From Octopus vulgaris (Eukaryota), in assembly GCA_951406725.2 (NCBI GenBank), contig OX597815.1, forward strand, positions 76,260,001 to 76,324,000: a DNA stretch of 64,000 nt, written 5' to 3'. This document shows, piece after piece, positions 37,459 through 49,605 of the stretch. Each line of letters opens with the position of its first letter. Within the stretch, counting starts at the first letter, position 1. Made by a program: the position numbers and the translations under genes. The notes under the pieces were generated by a model. It searched no databases. It was not told the DNA's origin and saw nothing but the letters and a program-made list of their open reading frames with translations.

Positions 37459-38929
37459 AGGTTAGAGAAGGTTCTTTCTCCTGGGTACTAAGCAGAATTC
37501 CTCTAAGGATAGGGTGTAACATGCTTTCCAGTGAAGTTATTAGAGTAAGATCTAACAGTTGTTAGATAAGGTAAGATTATGACAGGCTTTAGATTCTGTT
37601 TACCAGTTTCACTCACAAGGTATTGGTTGAGCTGTGACTATAGTATAGAATGTTAGCTGACAACATTCACGCAGTGAAACCAAACTCCTAACCATAAGGT
37701 TTCAAAGCAAATTTCTTAACCATACAGCCATGCCTGCCACGATATAAAAATCAAGGAACATGTTTAAATATAATAAAAATACAGATATCTAGTTGCAGAT
37801 AATTCATAAGGAAGTAGACACAACGAATTATTAAATCTACAGCAGTCTGACCAACAGAAGACAAAACAAAAGATGATTTGCTTGACAACAACACTAATGA
37901 ATGATTATTATTTCTGAATTAGACAGGAAGTCTTCTCAGATATACAGAAAATTAAATTACATATTGCGTTGAGACAAGAACTAATAATCGTTTGCAGCAT
38001 GCAGATATTTGGAACCCTCCAACAACTACATTGTAATTCACCACAGTATTGCTACATTATGCTAGGTTAGTCCAAGGGCAGCGGATTGGCAGAATTGTAA
38101 GTACACCAGACAATGCCTTGTGGTATTTCTTCGAGCTACTTATATTCCAGGTTCAAATCCTATTGACGTCATCCTTGACTTTCATCCTTTCAGGGCTTAT
38201 AAAATAAAGTACATGTCAAGTTCTAAGGTCAGTTCAATTAATTCCTTTGCCCAAATTTAATGTTTTATACCTTTGTTAGAAAGAACTATGCTAAGTTAGT
38301 TGCATAATCCATTGGCTTTTTGAAATGCCACATAAAGCCTTTATCATCAGATTATGTATCTAGCACAAATCAGGAATATGGAGCAAAAATCTCTCCTAGT
38401 GACACTTGTAGGTGGATTTCAACTAATAAAATGCACATAGATTGTATAGTATTTCTGAAAATAACAGTGTTCTTTACAACCCATATTATGGCTCATAGAG
38501 CACTCTTACCATAAGTATCGCAACTTATTCAGCTAAGACTCAAACACTGTGATAAATGTATACAAAGCAGTATATCAAAGATGTCATGCCTCAATATTTT
38601 ATCAATCTGTCTTCCTCAACAGAGGAATATCTAATCTATGGGCTAGATACTTTACTTGAATATTGTAACTTTCAAATATAAAAATGAAGATGCTAATGAA
38701 AATAATTTTTAAGGCACAGGGGAGAGAGATAGAAAGAGAGAGATGATTTGAATGGATAAAGGGAATTTGTGGCATGCATACTATTTTCAAGGTTATCCTC
38801 CTCATAATCATTTAATGTCCTTGTATTATACTGGAATTGATTAAATTATTTGACAGGGTCCAATGGGTACAAAGAATGCATTTTATGCTCCATCATCTAC
38901 TTTGGCTTGGCTTCTATGGCTGGAAAGCT

Positions 38930-39645
38930 TTTTATTGCCAAAACTTCATGGCTGACACCTCACAGTCAATATTCCATAGGCAATACCTCATAGCTAATGC
39001 TTTATTGATAACACCTCATAGCCAATGTTTCCTTCCCAAAATCCTCATAGTCAAGTTTTTCATAGCCAACACCTCATGGCCAATATTTCATTGCCAACAT
39101 TTTAGAATCAATGTTTTTCACTACGAATACCAAATAGCCACTGTTTCATTGCCAACACCTCATAGTAACATTTTCCATTGCCAATCCTCACTGCCAACAC
39201 CCCAGAGCTAATATTTGATTGCCAACAAGTCATAACCTAACTTTTCATTGCCAACACTTCATAGCCAAGTTTTTCATTGTCAATGCACAATACCCAAGTT
39301 TTACATTGTCAAAACCTCATACCTAATATTTCATTGCCAATACCACATGGCCAAGTTTTTCATAGCCAACACCTCATAGCCAAGATTTTCATTACCAACA
39401 CTTCATAGCCAAGATTTTCATTACTACCAACACTTCATAGCCAAGTTTTTCTTCACTAATACCTCACAGTCATTATTTTATTGCCAGCACCTAATAGCCA
39501 AATTTTTCATTATCAATATGTCAAAGTCAAATTTTTTACTGCCAAAACCTCAAGTCTAATATTTCAATGCCAATATGTTGTAACCAAATTTTTCATTGCC
39601 GATGTTTCATAGCCACTGTTTCATACCCATGCTTTTCATTGTCAC
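38930..39645. repeat. Degenerate ~30-bp minisatellite, roughly 20+ copies
   Basis: Unit approximately ttttcattgccaacacctcatagccaagtt. Confidence 0.9.
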
Positions 39646-39787
39646 AAGCCCAACATTACACTAAATATAGGGAGAATATATTTTCTTACCACTCACTTGG
39701 TAATCACATGCTGATCCTCCTAAGTATAGGGAGTAAATTTACAAACTTAAAATCCGTTTAAATCTAGTTCAACTATCCTGTATCATT

Positions 39788-40027
39788 ATTTACATTCAAC
39801 GGATATTTATCCTCATCTTGTTTGTTGTTAACACAATGTTTCGGCTGATATATTCTCCAGCCTGCTTCAAGTGTCTTGGGGAAATTTCGAACCTGGGTTC
39901 TCATTCCTAAGGTATTTTTCGATGTTATTATTATTATTATTATTAACAACAAACAAGATGAGGACAAATATCCGTCGAATGTAAATAATGTACATAATTC
40001 CTCATCTCTTAAATATAGAACTGTAGA
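39788..40027. mobile_element. 240-bp tails-out inverted PLE terminal-repeat insertion
   Basis: Perfect 13-bp TSD atcctgtatcatt (39775-39787 and 40028-40040). The minus arm carries a mutated hammerhead (39830-39875) and the plus arm carries the full 3' tail. Confidence 0.9.
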
Positions 40028-40929
40028 ATCCTGTATCATTTTAATCAAAATTTATTAAACCTTTAATCCTATGTAAGGTAATCCTGTTTGTTAGTATTAT
40101 TATTAAAGAAGTGGGGTGGCAGAAACAGAGCTCCAGAGAAAATACTCTGCAATTATATTTATAAGTCTTCACATTTGGAATTCATATCTCACCAGTGTCA
40201 ACTTTGCTGTTTATCATTCCAGAGTACATTCTATAAATACTAAGATATTGAGTTTAATTCAATTAAGCAGACCTCCCCCATCTCATCACTCATTCTAGAT
40301 TTGTGGCCATCTGCCAGGCTTATAAACCATTATATACATTTTGTGACATTTTGCCAGTGTGGAAATTTATTAGATTTCTTACTTTGGCACAGTGCCATAC
40401 ATTTTCAGGCAGAAGTGTGACTGACATAATTTGATTCCAGCACTTGGCTGTTTTTGACAGACCATGGTAAGACGACTGACAAAGTCAAATGCAGTGGGCT
40501 AGGAACATCAAAATAGGATCAAGATACTTTCTGCTACCCTACTGCCTTCAGACTCTTTAGGTATGTAGTTATACTCTGAGTTTAAGTTTCACTGAGGTCA
40601 AGTTTGTCTTTCATTCCTCTGACCAGGTAGAGTCATCATCATGTCAAACAAGTTGGCTTGTGGTATCTGTTCTGGTTCATTGAGCTGTAAACAAGTGGTG
40701 AGCTGGTAAAATTGTTGGCACATGGGACAAAATAATTAGCAGTATTTCATCTGTCTTTATGCTTGCTGAGGTCGACTGCTTTCATCCTCTCAAGATTGAT
40801 AAAATAATACCAGTTGAGCATCAACATTTTAGGTCTTGTACCCATAATAATAACAATAATAATAATAACAATAATAATAATAATAACAATAATAACAACA
40901 ACAATAACAATAATAATAATAATAATAAA

Positions 40930-41484
40930 TATCCTGATGCAGTACCAGGCAGTGGCTCTCATGGCTTCCTATCTTAACTGATTGGGAGTGTTATCATGTA
41001 CATTGTTTTGTCTTGATATAAAAGATGGGCTACAGCAAATATTCTGCTCAATACCACAGATTTGCTTGTCAGTTGTTTGACCTTAACCAGTTGACCATGT
41101 CCCTTAATGGCTGACAATATGTGCATCTCTGATCATGAGCAGAAGTAGTGGGGGAGCATCATAGCCATGTGTTGAAAGGAATTCTTTGGGGTTTGGATAA
41201 TTCACCTTTGGAAACATGGGTGGTTCATTCAACATTCTTAAACAATCCTTGTTCAGGGACCTTTTGAGCAGGATGGGCTACTCGACCAGAAGAAAATTCT
41301 AACTTGGCCCCACCTGCAAGGTCATGCACTACTTATCTTGATATGAGATCACCATGTCGCACACATATGGTTGTGATGCATGTGCCTGGTGTATCCTTAT
41401 CAGACGGATAGTCATGATGGGTATACTGGGCTTCATATATTTTACCCCAGTGTCATTTTGATGGCATGCACTGCTCTTTCACTC
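40930..41484 (-). mobile_element. ~555-bp insert flanked on both sides by (AAT)n, possibly the 5' part of a microsatellite-targeting non-LTR element
   Basis: Higher-complexity sequence sharply bounded by (AAT/AAC)n at 40844-40929 and (AAT)n at 41485-41503. It interrupts a SINE cluster. Confidence 0.5.
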
Positions 41485-43074
41485 AATAATAATAATAATA
41501 ATAATTATTATTATTATATATTGTTGGACAAAACACTTCTCCAGCGCTTTATGTTTTGAATGCAAATTCTGCTGAGGTTGACTTAGTCTTTCATCCTTCA
41601 GGAGTTAATAAAAATTAAAGTAGCTGTCAAATACTGGGGATCAGTGTAATTGTCTAGAACCTTCTTCTCAAAGTTATTGGCCATGTTCTTGTATTAGAAA
41701 CAATTATTATTATTATTATTATTAAGGTGGTAAGTGAACAGAGCCATTAGCACACTGGACAAAATGCTTAGCAGCATCTCATCTGTTGTTATACTCTGGG
41801 TTAAAATTCTGCCAAGGCAGACTTCTTTACCTTTTATCCTTTTGGGGTTGATGAAATAAGTATCAGTTGCATACTAGGGTTGGTGTAATTGATTAATCGT
41901 CTCTCCTAAAATTTCAGACCAAGTAGAAAGGATTATCATTATTATTATTTCAACAATGATGGATCCAGCTCCTTTAGTTAAAGCTATCACCTACTTCTTA
42001 CGATAAACTGACCCATTGTTTGACTGCTGTTGGCACAGCATCTTTCACCTCTTTGGTCTTCAGAGGTCTCACTCAAATATTTGAGGGTGGTGGTATGCTA
42101 GAATTGTTACAGTGTCAGACAAAATGCTTTGTGGTATTTATTCTAGCTCTTTACATTCTGAGTTCAAATCCATTTGAGGTCAAACTTTGCCTTCCATCCA
42201 TCCAGAGTCAATAAAATAAAGTACCAGACAAGTACTGGGATTAATGTAATTGACTTGCCTGCTTCCTGCAAAGGTGCTGGCCTTGTGCCTATATTAGAAA
42301 CAAGGAGCAATTATTTAATCCCTTCAGTTTCTAACTACTTTGACAATCTTCAAATAATTCATTTTACAATCATTATGTAGTGTACAGAGAAAAACAGATC
42401 AGACAATTCATGTTCAGTGATTTCTTCAACAGAAAAATTAACATTAGCAAAATAATACAAGCTTATATCACACAAAAGAAAGTTATTCACCTAATTAACG
42501 AGCATTCTTTTAATGAACGTCTTCAATAGGCAGAGGTACAGCTGAGTAGTTATGAAGCTTACTTTGCGATGTTGTTTTGGGTTCAGTCCCACAGCAAGAT
42601 CTCGGCCAACAAATTTTGTGAGTGAATTTGGCAGATGGAAACTGTGTGGAAGCCCATAATGTATGTGTTTTTGTATATGCCCCCACCCAACTGCTTGACA
42701 ATTGGTGTCAGTTTGTTTTTGTCACTTTAACTTAGCAGTTCAGCAAAAGAAACCAAAGGAATAAGTACCAGACCTAAAAATTAGTACTGGGGGTGATTTG
42801 TTCAACTAAACTTTTCAATGTGGTGCCTCTGTATGACTGCAGTCCAATGACTACAAGCAAGAGGAAAAAAGGAAAAAGAAAGTTGGGATTAATACTAGAC
42901 TATATCCCCAATGTGACTGAATCACTAATTGTAGTGAGATCTGTAACTTATTGACTCTACTCTCCAACTTTCCAGGCAAAGTAATATTTCTCCATGGCTG
43001 AACATATTTTCATAAAAGATTAAAGATGAACACACCACTTGTATGATGGTGATGGTTGTTTACAACTATTACAC

Positions 43075-44052
43075 ATATGAGATGTCATCGGGTGTACCAC
43101 AGGGATCTGTCCTTGGTCCCCTCTTGTTTGTGGCATACATTAACGACATAGATGCCAATTTAAAGAATGCCACAGTATTGAAATATGCAGACGACATCAA
43201 GCTGTACCTTGAAATCAAGAGGACAGATCCTGATGTCTACAACTCTTTCCTGCAATCAGACCTAGACACAATGCAGCAATGGATCACAGACTGGCAACTG
43301 AAACTGGCTGTGGACAAGTGTACCACCATGCATTTTGGGAGAAAAAACCCTGCGTTCACTTACTCCCTCCACAACACTGATATCAAGAAATCCTCTTGCG
43401 AGCGTGACCTAGGCATCACTGTCAGCAGTGATTTGCGTTGGTCAAAGCATATCTCTAAGATTGTCAGGAAGGCCGAGGGTGTCTTGGCATCACTCAGCAG
43501 GTCTTTTGTTAGCCGCTCTCCAGCCATCTATTTAAAACTGTATACAGCTATGGTACGACCACACTTGGAATTCGCATCATCAGTTTGGAACCCCTATCTT
43601 GTACAGAACATTGACCTCCTGGAATCTGTCCAGAGACGTGCAACCAAACGCATACCCTCCATCAGACACCTACCATATTCTGAGCGCCTTGTTTCCCTGG
43701 GCATGGATTCACTGAAGCTCCGGCGTTTGGCGACGGACTTGGTAAACACCCACAAAGTTATCAACCACCTCACCAACAACAACACTGAACACCTTTTTGA
43801 TCTCCATGTGTCTAACACACGTGGACATGCCTACAAAGTCAGAAAACAATACAGCTCCCATGACTTTCGGAAACATTTTTTCACGCTCAGAGTTGCTGAA
43901 GCATGGAATAAACTGCCTGCGTCAGTTGTTGACTGCCATGACACTGCATCTTTTAAGGCCCTCATGCTTTCCGAAATCCGCCGATTATATATACACTTTA
44001 GATGAGCTGTAGTGCACCTGAGCACTGTACACAATTATTATTATTATTATTA
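43075..44052 (+). mobile_element. Young 5'-truncated CR1/Jockey-group LINE
   Basis: Uninterrupted frame to 44005: SSGVPQGSVLGPLLF, KYADDIKL, ERDLGI, LYTAMVRPHLEFASSVWNP, TRGH, FFTLRVAEAWNKLP. Short 3' UTR and (TTA)n tail. Confidence 0.92.
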
Positions 44053-44220
44053 ACATCAAGACAACCACACACACACACACACTTCCCAACCATATGATTC
44101 CGGGTTCAATCCCACTGCATGACACCTTGGGCAAATATCTGCTACTATTGCCTCAGGCTGACCAAAGCTTTGTGAGTGGATTTGGTAGACAGAAATTTAA
44201 AGAAGCCCATTGTGTGTGTG

Positions 44221-44288
44221 TTTTAAATAATTGATAGGGAAGACAGAGTGTACTATAAGCATTCGTCTTCCTTATCACTTATTTAAAA
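44221..44288. repeat. 68-nt hairpin at the start of a ~255-bp insert inside the (TG)n of a SINE
   Basis: ttttaaataattgatagggaagacagagtg pairs with cattcgtcttccttatcacttatttaaaa. Confidence 0.8.
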
Positions 44289-45781
44289 TATACTAAATGT
44301 GCACCAAGGAATTCCTTATGTAGAACCTGCAACTAAAGTGCAGTACTGTGGATGACACCTGGTAGCTGTAAGTGGTGAACATGCTCTCAGGGCACACTAC
44401 TAGGGACATACTAAAAACAAGGTTTGGATACTATATTTTAAAGTCTCCTATCTAAACTTTGATTTTAAACATAACCTATGTGTGTGTGTGTGTGTGTGTC
44501 TTGGTTTTTCTCCTACCACCACTTGACAACCAGTGTTGGTGTGTTTATGTCCCCATAACTTTGTGGTTTGGCAAAAGAGATTGATAGAATAACATTCTAA
44601 TGACTGAAACAAATAAAAGATAAAAGGTAAACAGCCATCGTTGTGTGTTTGAGAAGCTTGCTTCCCAACCATGTCCACTTGGGTTTAGTCCCATTGAGTG
44701 GCACCTAGGGCAAGTGTCTTCTACTTTACAGCCTCAGGGCAACCAAAGCCTTGTGAGTGGATTTAGTAGATGGAAATGGAAAAAAGCCCATCATATGTAT
44801 GCATGTGTGTGTGTGTGTACCCTTGTTTTTTTCATTATATGATGCCTATAAATCAGTATAACTATCAAAAGAGTGGTGTTCTTCATTTTTACTCTTCTGC
44901 TGGAAACATATCTGGGCATTGGGAAATATTACATTGCTTTTTAAAAGGCAAGGGTTGGTGAAAGGAAAGGCATCCACCCATACAAAAACCTGCCTCAATA
45001 AATTCTGTCTGACCTATTCATGTAGGGGAAAGTTGACATGAAGTGACAGAAAAAGAAATTATATATATATATATATGTACGTATGTATATGAGAGAGGGG
45101 AGAGGAGAGAGGAAGAGAGAGAGGGGAAGAGAGAGAGAGAAAGTTAAGAAATTGGGGTGTTAAGAAATTGGGGTGCACTTCATGTTTGAGGCTCCAGATA
45201 CTCAAGCACTCAACAATGAATGCATTGGATCTTATAGCAGCAACAACTGTAAGCTAATGAAGTTCATAATGTAAGTATTTATTCCTTTGTCATTTCAATC
45301 TCTTATTACAGCTCTGTACTTTGTACTGAAGCATATGTAGATTGAATTCTAACACCAGGTTTTTAGCATCACAATGCATAAGCGAAATATTAGCATAAAC
45401 AAACAAACAAAAAAAAAAAACAAACAGACAGACAGACAGACTGGTATTCATCTATAATATCTAATCTGAAGCTCATCATCAATAACATGTTATTCCTCAC
45501 TATAAAACCCTGAAGTAAAGATTATATGAAGTTCTACAATCTGCAAGTCACTGTTCTATGCTGAAAGAACTCTGATGCTTATTTTCTCTTCTTACTTTAA
45601 AACAAATTCTACACTATTCTCAGTCATTCTCATAAATCATATAGAACACAATGAGATAAAAATGGACATTATGATAGGAAACAGATAAAATGATCATCCT
45701 TGTGTTTGAGTAACTAACACCTCCAGTTAGTTCAGTTATTGTAAACTATTATTGTAAAACTAGTCAGCCATTGATGAAAAA

Positions 45782-45952
45782 CTATCTGATACATTGACTT
45801 GGGCATTCCACTTTGGCTAGAAATTTTATGGAACCTGACAATAAACCTCCACCAGCAGAAGAAGAAGTAGGAGTTTTGGTTTCCTTAGCAATCGATCCGA
45901 TGAGAATGAGTGTACTGACAAAAATTATAAATAACAAGGCCTTGGTTACCAT
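45782..45952 (-). CDS. Candidate 56-aa secreted peptide, or signal-peptide-bearing first coding exon
   Basis: MVTKALLFIIFVSTLILIGSIAKETKTPTSSSAGGGLLSGSIKFLAKVECPSQCIR*. Strong ggcATGG context, signal-peptide-like N-terminus, strong acceptor upstream at 46234-46270, non-repetitive sequence. Confidence 0.45.
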   Translation of the reverse strand: MVTKALLFIIFVSTLILIGSIAKETKTPTSSSAGGGLLSGSIKFLAKVECPSQCIR

Positions 45953-45975
45953 GCCAGTAACTCAGACAACGCAAA

Positions 45976-46192
45976 ATAGTAGTAGTAATAGTAATGATAA
46001 TGATGTTGATGATAGTAATAATAATAATAACAATGATGATGATGATAGTAATAATAATAATAACAATGATGATGACAATAATAATAATAACAATGATGAT
46101 GATAATAATAATAACAATGATGATGATGATAATAATAATAATAATAATAATAATGATAATAATAATAATAATAATGATAATAATAATAATAA
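45976..46192. repeat. Compound (AAT/GAT/AAC)n triplet microsatellite
   Basis: Direct reading. Confidence 0.97.
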
Positions 46193-46233
46193 AACCATAT
46201 AATAAATGAGTCAAATAAAAATGTTTCTCCAAG

Positions 46234-46275
46234 CTGTTACAAAAAAAAAAAGAAAAATATAAAAAAAGATGAAAA
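46234..46275 (-). promoter_or_regulatory. Candidate splice acceptor
   Basis: Minus strand has a long T-rich polypyrimidine tract ending ...tttttgtaacAG|cttgg. Confidence 0.5.
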
Positions 46276-46585
46276 ATCCAAAAGCAAATAAAGAAGTGAG
46301 GAAAGGCTAGAACAATCAACTTATGCAAAAAGCAGAGAAAGTAAACAACAATAACATAATAAATAAGTTTCACACAAAATCATCCTCTAAATATCAATAG
46401 GAGAAAATTGATGAGCAGGACAAAAGTAAAAGGTGTCGCGTAGTGTAAAAGAAAGTCCATAACAAAGAAAACGAAATAATTAGCTGTGTAATAGGATTTA
46501 ACAAGGTGGGACTGAATGAACTGGAGGATGTTGCAGAGAGTTAGGGATGTGACAATCTTGGATTTTTCATTTTTATTATCATTAT

Positions 46586-46640
<55 letters not shown>

Positions 46641-47159
46641 AAATACTAGTTCAGCATAAGAGATTAGCCAGGAATGGAATATAATTCAAATGCTGCTCAA
46701 CTACTTATTAACAACCCTAACCCAACCCCTACTTAATCACCATCACTGAACAAAAGTGTATTGTGTCATTGGTCTGGCATAAAGTGATTATTACATCCAA
46801 TCTGAGTAAGAAAGAAAGTGACAACTGTCCATACTTTATGTTGGAGCAGTTAACATTACATAAATGAATATGGGCAGCTACAGTTTATGTAAATATCTGA
46901 ACTTTTTTTTTAAAAAAAGACCCTCCAGATAGATTTTTGCACAAAAAGCGCATTTAAATCACATGTATACACACACACACACACACACACACGAGCATGT
47001 GCATGCATGGCTGAGTAGTTGAGGAATTTGCTTCCCAAACTATGCGGCTTCAGGTTCAAGTTCTGCTGCTTGATCCTTTGGGTAAGTGTCTTCTACTATA
47101 TCCCCAAACAGACAAAAATTGTGTGAGCAGATTTGGTAGACAGAAATTGAAAACTCCTC

Positions 47160-47342
47160 GAGTGAGTGTGGAGTGATAGAGTGAGGAGTGAGTGAGTGAG
47201 GAGCGAGTGAGTGAGGAGGGAATGAGTGAGTGGAGTGAGTGAGGAGTGAGTGAATAGTGAGTGAGGAGTGAGTGAGTGAGGACTGAGTGAGTGAGTGAGT
47301 GAGGAGTGAATGAGTAAGAAAGGGAGCAAGAGAGAGAGAGAG
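47160..47342. repeat. (GAGT/GAG)n then (GA)n low-complexity tract
   Basis: Direct reading. Confidence 0.9.
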
Positions 47343-48054
47343 TTTTAAATGAGCATCATCACCATACAAGCAGTATCCTTTATTTTCAATCTTCTGGTAA
47401 AACATGTCTGGCCATGAGAAACATAATTTTTTTTGAAAAGTGGCATAGGTTGATAAGAGGAAGGGTATCTAGTCATAGGAAGTTTACCTCAATGAATTCG
47501 ATCTGAACCATGCACACTTGGAAATGTCTAAGTCCTAGGACTCATGGGGATGGTTACCTGGTCTGAGATCACAACATTTACCTGGAATGGGATGCCAGTC
47601 CATTGCAGTGTTATTCATTTATAGTTGAGTGAACTGGAGCAACACTAAATGAAGTGTTTTGCTCAAGAGCTCATTGCAGTGCCCTGTCTGGGAATTGAAA
47701 CCATGGTCTTGCAACTGTGAGTGCAACATCCTAACTACTAAGCCACATACCTTCATGACATGTATTATATCAAGTTTTAAATGATCAGCAAAACACTGGA
47801 CTAAATACATTAGAATAAGATTTGAGATTTTATGTAGATTAGAATGATCGCTTATGTAACTAAGTCTTTGTCATGCCCTGCTGTAATCAATATGATCAAC
47901 CCTTCACTCCCAAATTGTCAACCTTCTGAAATTCTCTCTGTTCATGGTATCAATTACATTAGTCTTGGAGGGTTTGGAAAGACCATAGCCACTGTTCCTT
48001 TCTCCAGGCCCAGTAAAGGAAATAGAGCAAAACAATACCTATTTATACAAACAT

Positions 48055-48912
48055 CTTTTTATCTATTACTTGTTTTAGTCATTAGACTGTGGCCATGCTT
48101 GGGCACAACCTTGAATTTTTAGTTAAGTGAATCAACCCCAGAGCTTATTTTTAAAGCCTGGTACTTATTCTATTGGTCTTTTTTGCTGAACCACTAAGTT
48201 ACTGGGACACAAACACACCAACACCAGTTGTCAAGTGGTGATGGTGGGGACAAACAGACACACACACACATAGATATATATACATATATATATATATATA
48301 TGACAGGCTTCTTTCAGTTTCCATCTACCAAATTCAAGCTATAATAGAAGACAGTTGCCCAAGGTGCCACACAGCAGGACTGAACCCAGAGCCATGTGGT
48401 TGGGAAGCAAGCTTCTAACCACACAGCCATACCTATGCCTCTCAAAGAAACTTTTGTATATGAGTTCATGAGTGGCAAACTTTCTTCAGTGTACTTATTT
48501 TAATATCTCTCACTTGTTTCAGTCATTGGACTGTGGTCATACTGGGGCACTACCTTGAAGTGTTTTATCAGTTGAATAAATTAACTCCAGTACTAATTTT
48601 AAAGTCCAGTTCTAATTTTATCAATTGCTTTTACTGAACGGCTAAATTACAGGGACATGAACAAACCGACAAGCAGTAGTGAGGAACTAACAAAGATAAA
48701 CACACATACACCTACACACACACATTCAAAAATACAAACACACGAATATAAAACATGATGCTTCTACACAGTTTTCACTCACCAAATTCACTCATAAGGT
48801 ATTGGTTGACCCAGGGTTATAATAGAATACACTTGCCCAAGGTGCCCTGCAGTAGAACTGAACCTTAAAAAGCATGTGGCAGCAAAGTGAGCTTCTTAAC
48901 TACACAGCCATA
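48055..48912 (-). mobile_element. Two adjacent family A SINE copies
   Basis: 48055-48440 and 48505-48912 each run from tail to head in reverse complement. Confidence 0.8.
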
Positions 48913-49099
48913 GGTTTTATCGCTTCATGCAATTAACATTATTATCTATTTTAGAATTCTATAAAACATATCTGTATCTCATAGACAAAAGAAAAAAATA
49001 TATTTCTTCAACAATCATGTTCTATTTCTAGCATAAACAACAAAAAATATAAAAAAAAAAATTAGACAGCTAATAGTGGATCCATTTTAAGCCTTTAGC

Positions 49100-49605
49100 A
49101 TTCAGATTCCTCTGTCAAATGTAATGTTTACCTATTCATATTGTTTTGAATTTATCCTGCATTATCTTGTAGCCTTGGGATTGTTTATTTTTGGACTGAC
49201 ATTATAGGGTAGGTGTGAGAAACTGGATCTGGCCAGTTTGAACATAAAACAGGCAAAATAGTTTGGTCAGATATGGTCAGTTTAAATGCTAAAGGGTTAA
49301 TAATTAAGAACAACCTTGGTTGGAATCTTGGCTAAGTTCATGATTCAGGTTCAAGTCCCAGGTGCATTTACATAATTTACTCAGATAATGAATTTGTGAA
49401 AAGCATGAAAATCTCAATTCACTTTCCTACTTCATTAAACTTGACAAGGCTGGTCAATCACTAACAGATACTTCTAATCAGGAAAGGTCAAGTAATTGAT
49501 TATCAATATAGGATAAAGAGACATTTAACAGTATATTTCTCCACATCCCTACAACAAACTTCAAATCTGTATGGAGAGAGATACAGGGAATAGATTGCTA
49601 CATAT
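49100..49605 (+). repeat. ~510-bp local duplication, copy 1 (MITE plus flank)
   Basis: Colinear with 51285-51806, extending well beyond the MITE end. Confidence 0.9.

Noticed and set aside
45813-46202. Plus-strand 129-aa Asn/Asp-rich ORF
   Set aside because: TTG start, microsatellite tail, and best explained as the antisense shadow of the minus-strand signal-peptide ORF.
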